From: Stramenopiles sp. TOSAG23-6
Taxonomy: Eukaryota
Assembly: GCA_900128565.1 (NCBI GenBank)
Contig: LT635913.1
Coordinates: 47,196 to 67,195 of the forward strand
Length of the DNA: 20,000 nt
Direction: 5' to 3'
The position numbers and the translations under genes are program-made. Below are positions 19,947 to 20,000 of this stretch, piece after piece. Each line of letters starts with the position of its first letter. Position 1 is the first letter of the stretch. Under the pieces are notes generated by a model. It was not told where the DNA came from and did no database searches. It was given only the letters and a program-made list of their open reading frames with translations.

Positions 19947-20000
19947 GTACGTTTTCATTATGAATTTCAAATTTATTTTTTTTTTCGTACGAAATTTTGT
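19947..20000 (+). mobile_element. Introner-like intron K (5' part, cut by window end)
   Basis: GTACGTTTTCATTATGAATTTCAAATTTATTTT..TCGTACGAAATTTTGT, closely matching the start of intron I, on the + strand in a + strand gene. Confidence 0.82.

Noticed and set aside
8386-20000. CRISPR array or bacterial REP elements for the GTTAGGTACAAAATTT repeats
   Set aside because: Copies are dispersed, irregularly spaced, intragenic and sense-oriented in eukaryotic genes; no cas genes are present.
8386-20000. Ciliate-like DNA-eliminated sequences (IES)
   Set aside because: Strict sense orientation, GT donors, a CTAAC branch motif and two canonical GT-AG members favour RNA splicing; the genetic code is standard.

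Overview
AT-rich, gene-dense eukaryotic DNA, probably from a flagellated protist (IFT25 is present; the lineage cannot be fixed from this window). It holds about 12 protein-coding genes, mostly in head-to-head pairs: ALDH16-like (partial), BTB protein, WDR26/GID7, CK2 beta, cardiolipin synthase, BT1 folate transporter, FABP/lipocalin-like, TSTD2/TrhO rhodanese, IFT25, a RING-KH-KH-RanBP2 ZnF protein, an MFS transporter and a JmjC protein (partial). The main observation is a family of 11 sequence-related 89-105 nt introns (introner-like) confined to four genes and always in the sense orientation. Their consensus is GTAYRTTTT..ATGAATTT..TCGTACGAAATTTTGTACCTAAC..AAATATTTTTTCACAATACAT. Reading-frame and domain reconstruction indicates that most end in AT rather than AG. 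Of 10 complete copies, 6 are GT-AT, 2 GT-AG, 1 GT-TC and 1 GT-TT. This suggests a mobile intron family spliced without the AG acceptor rule. All junctions are inferred from DNA and need transcript confirmation.
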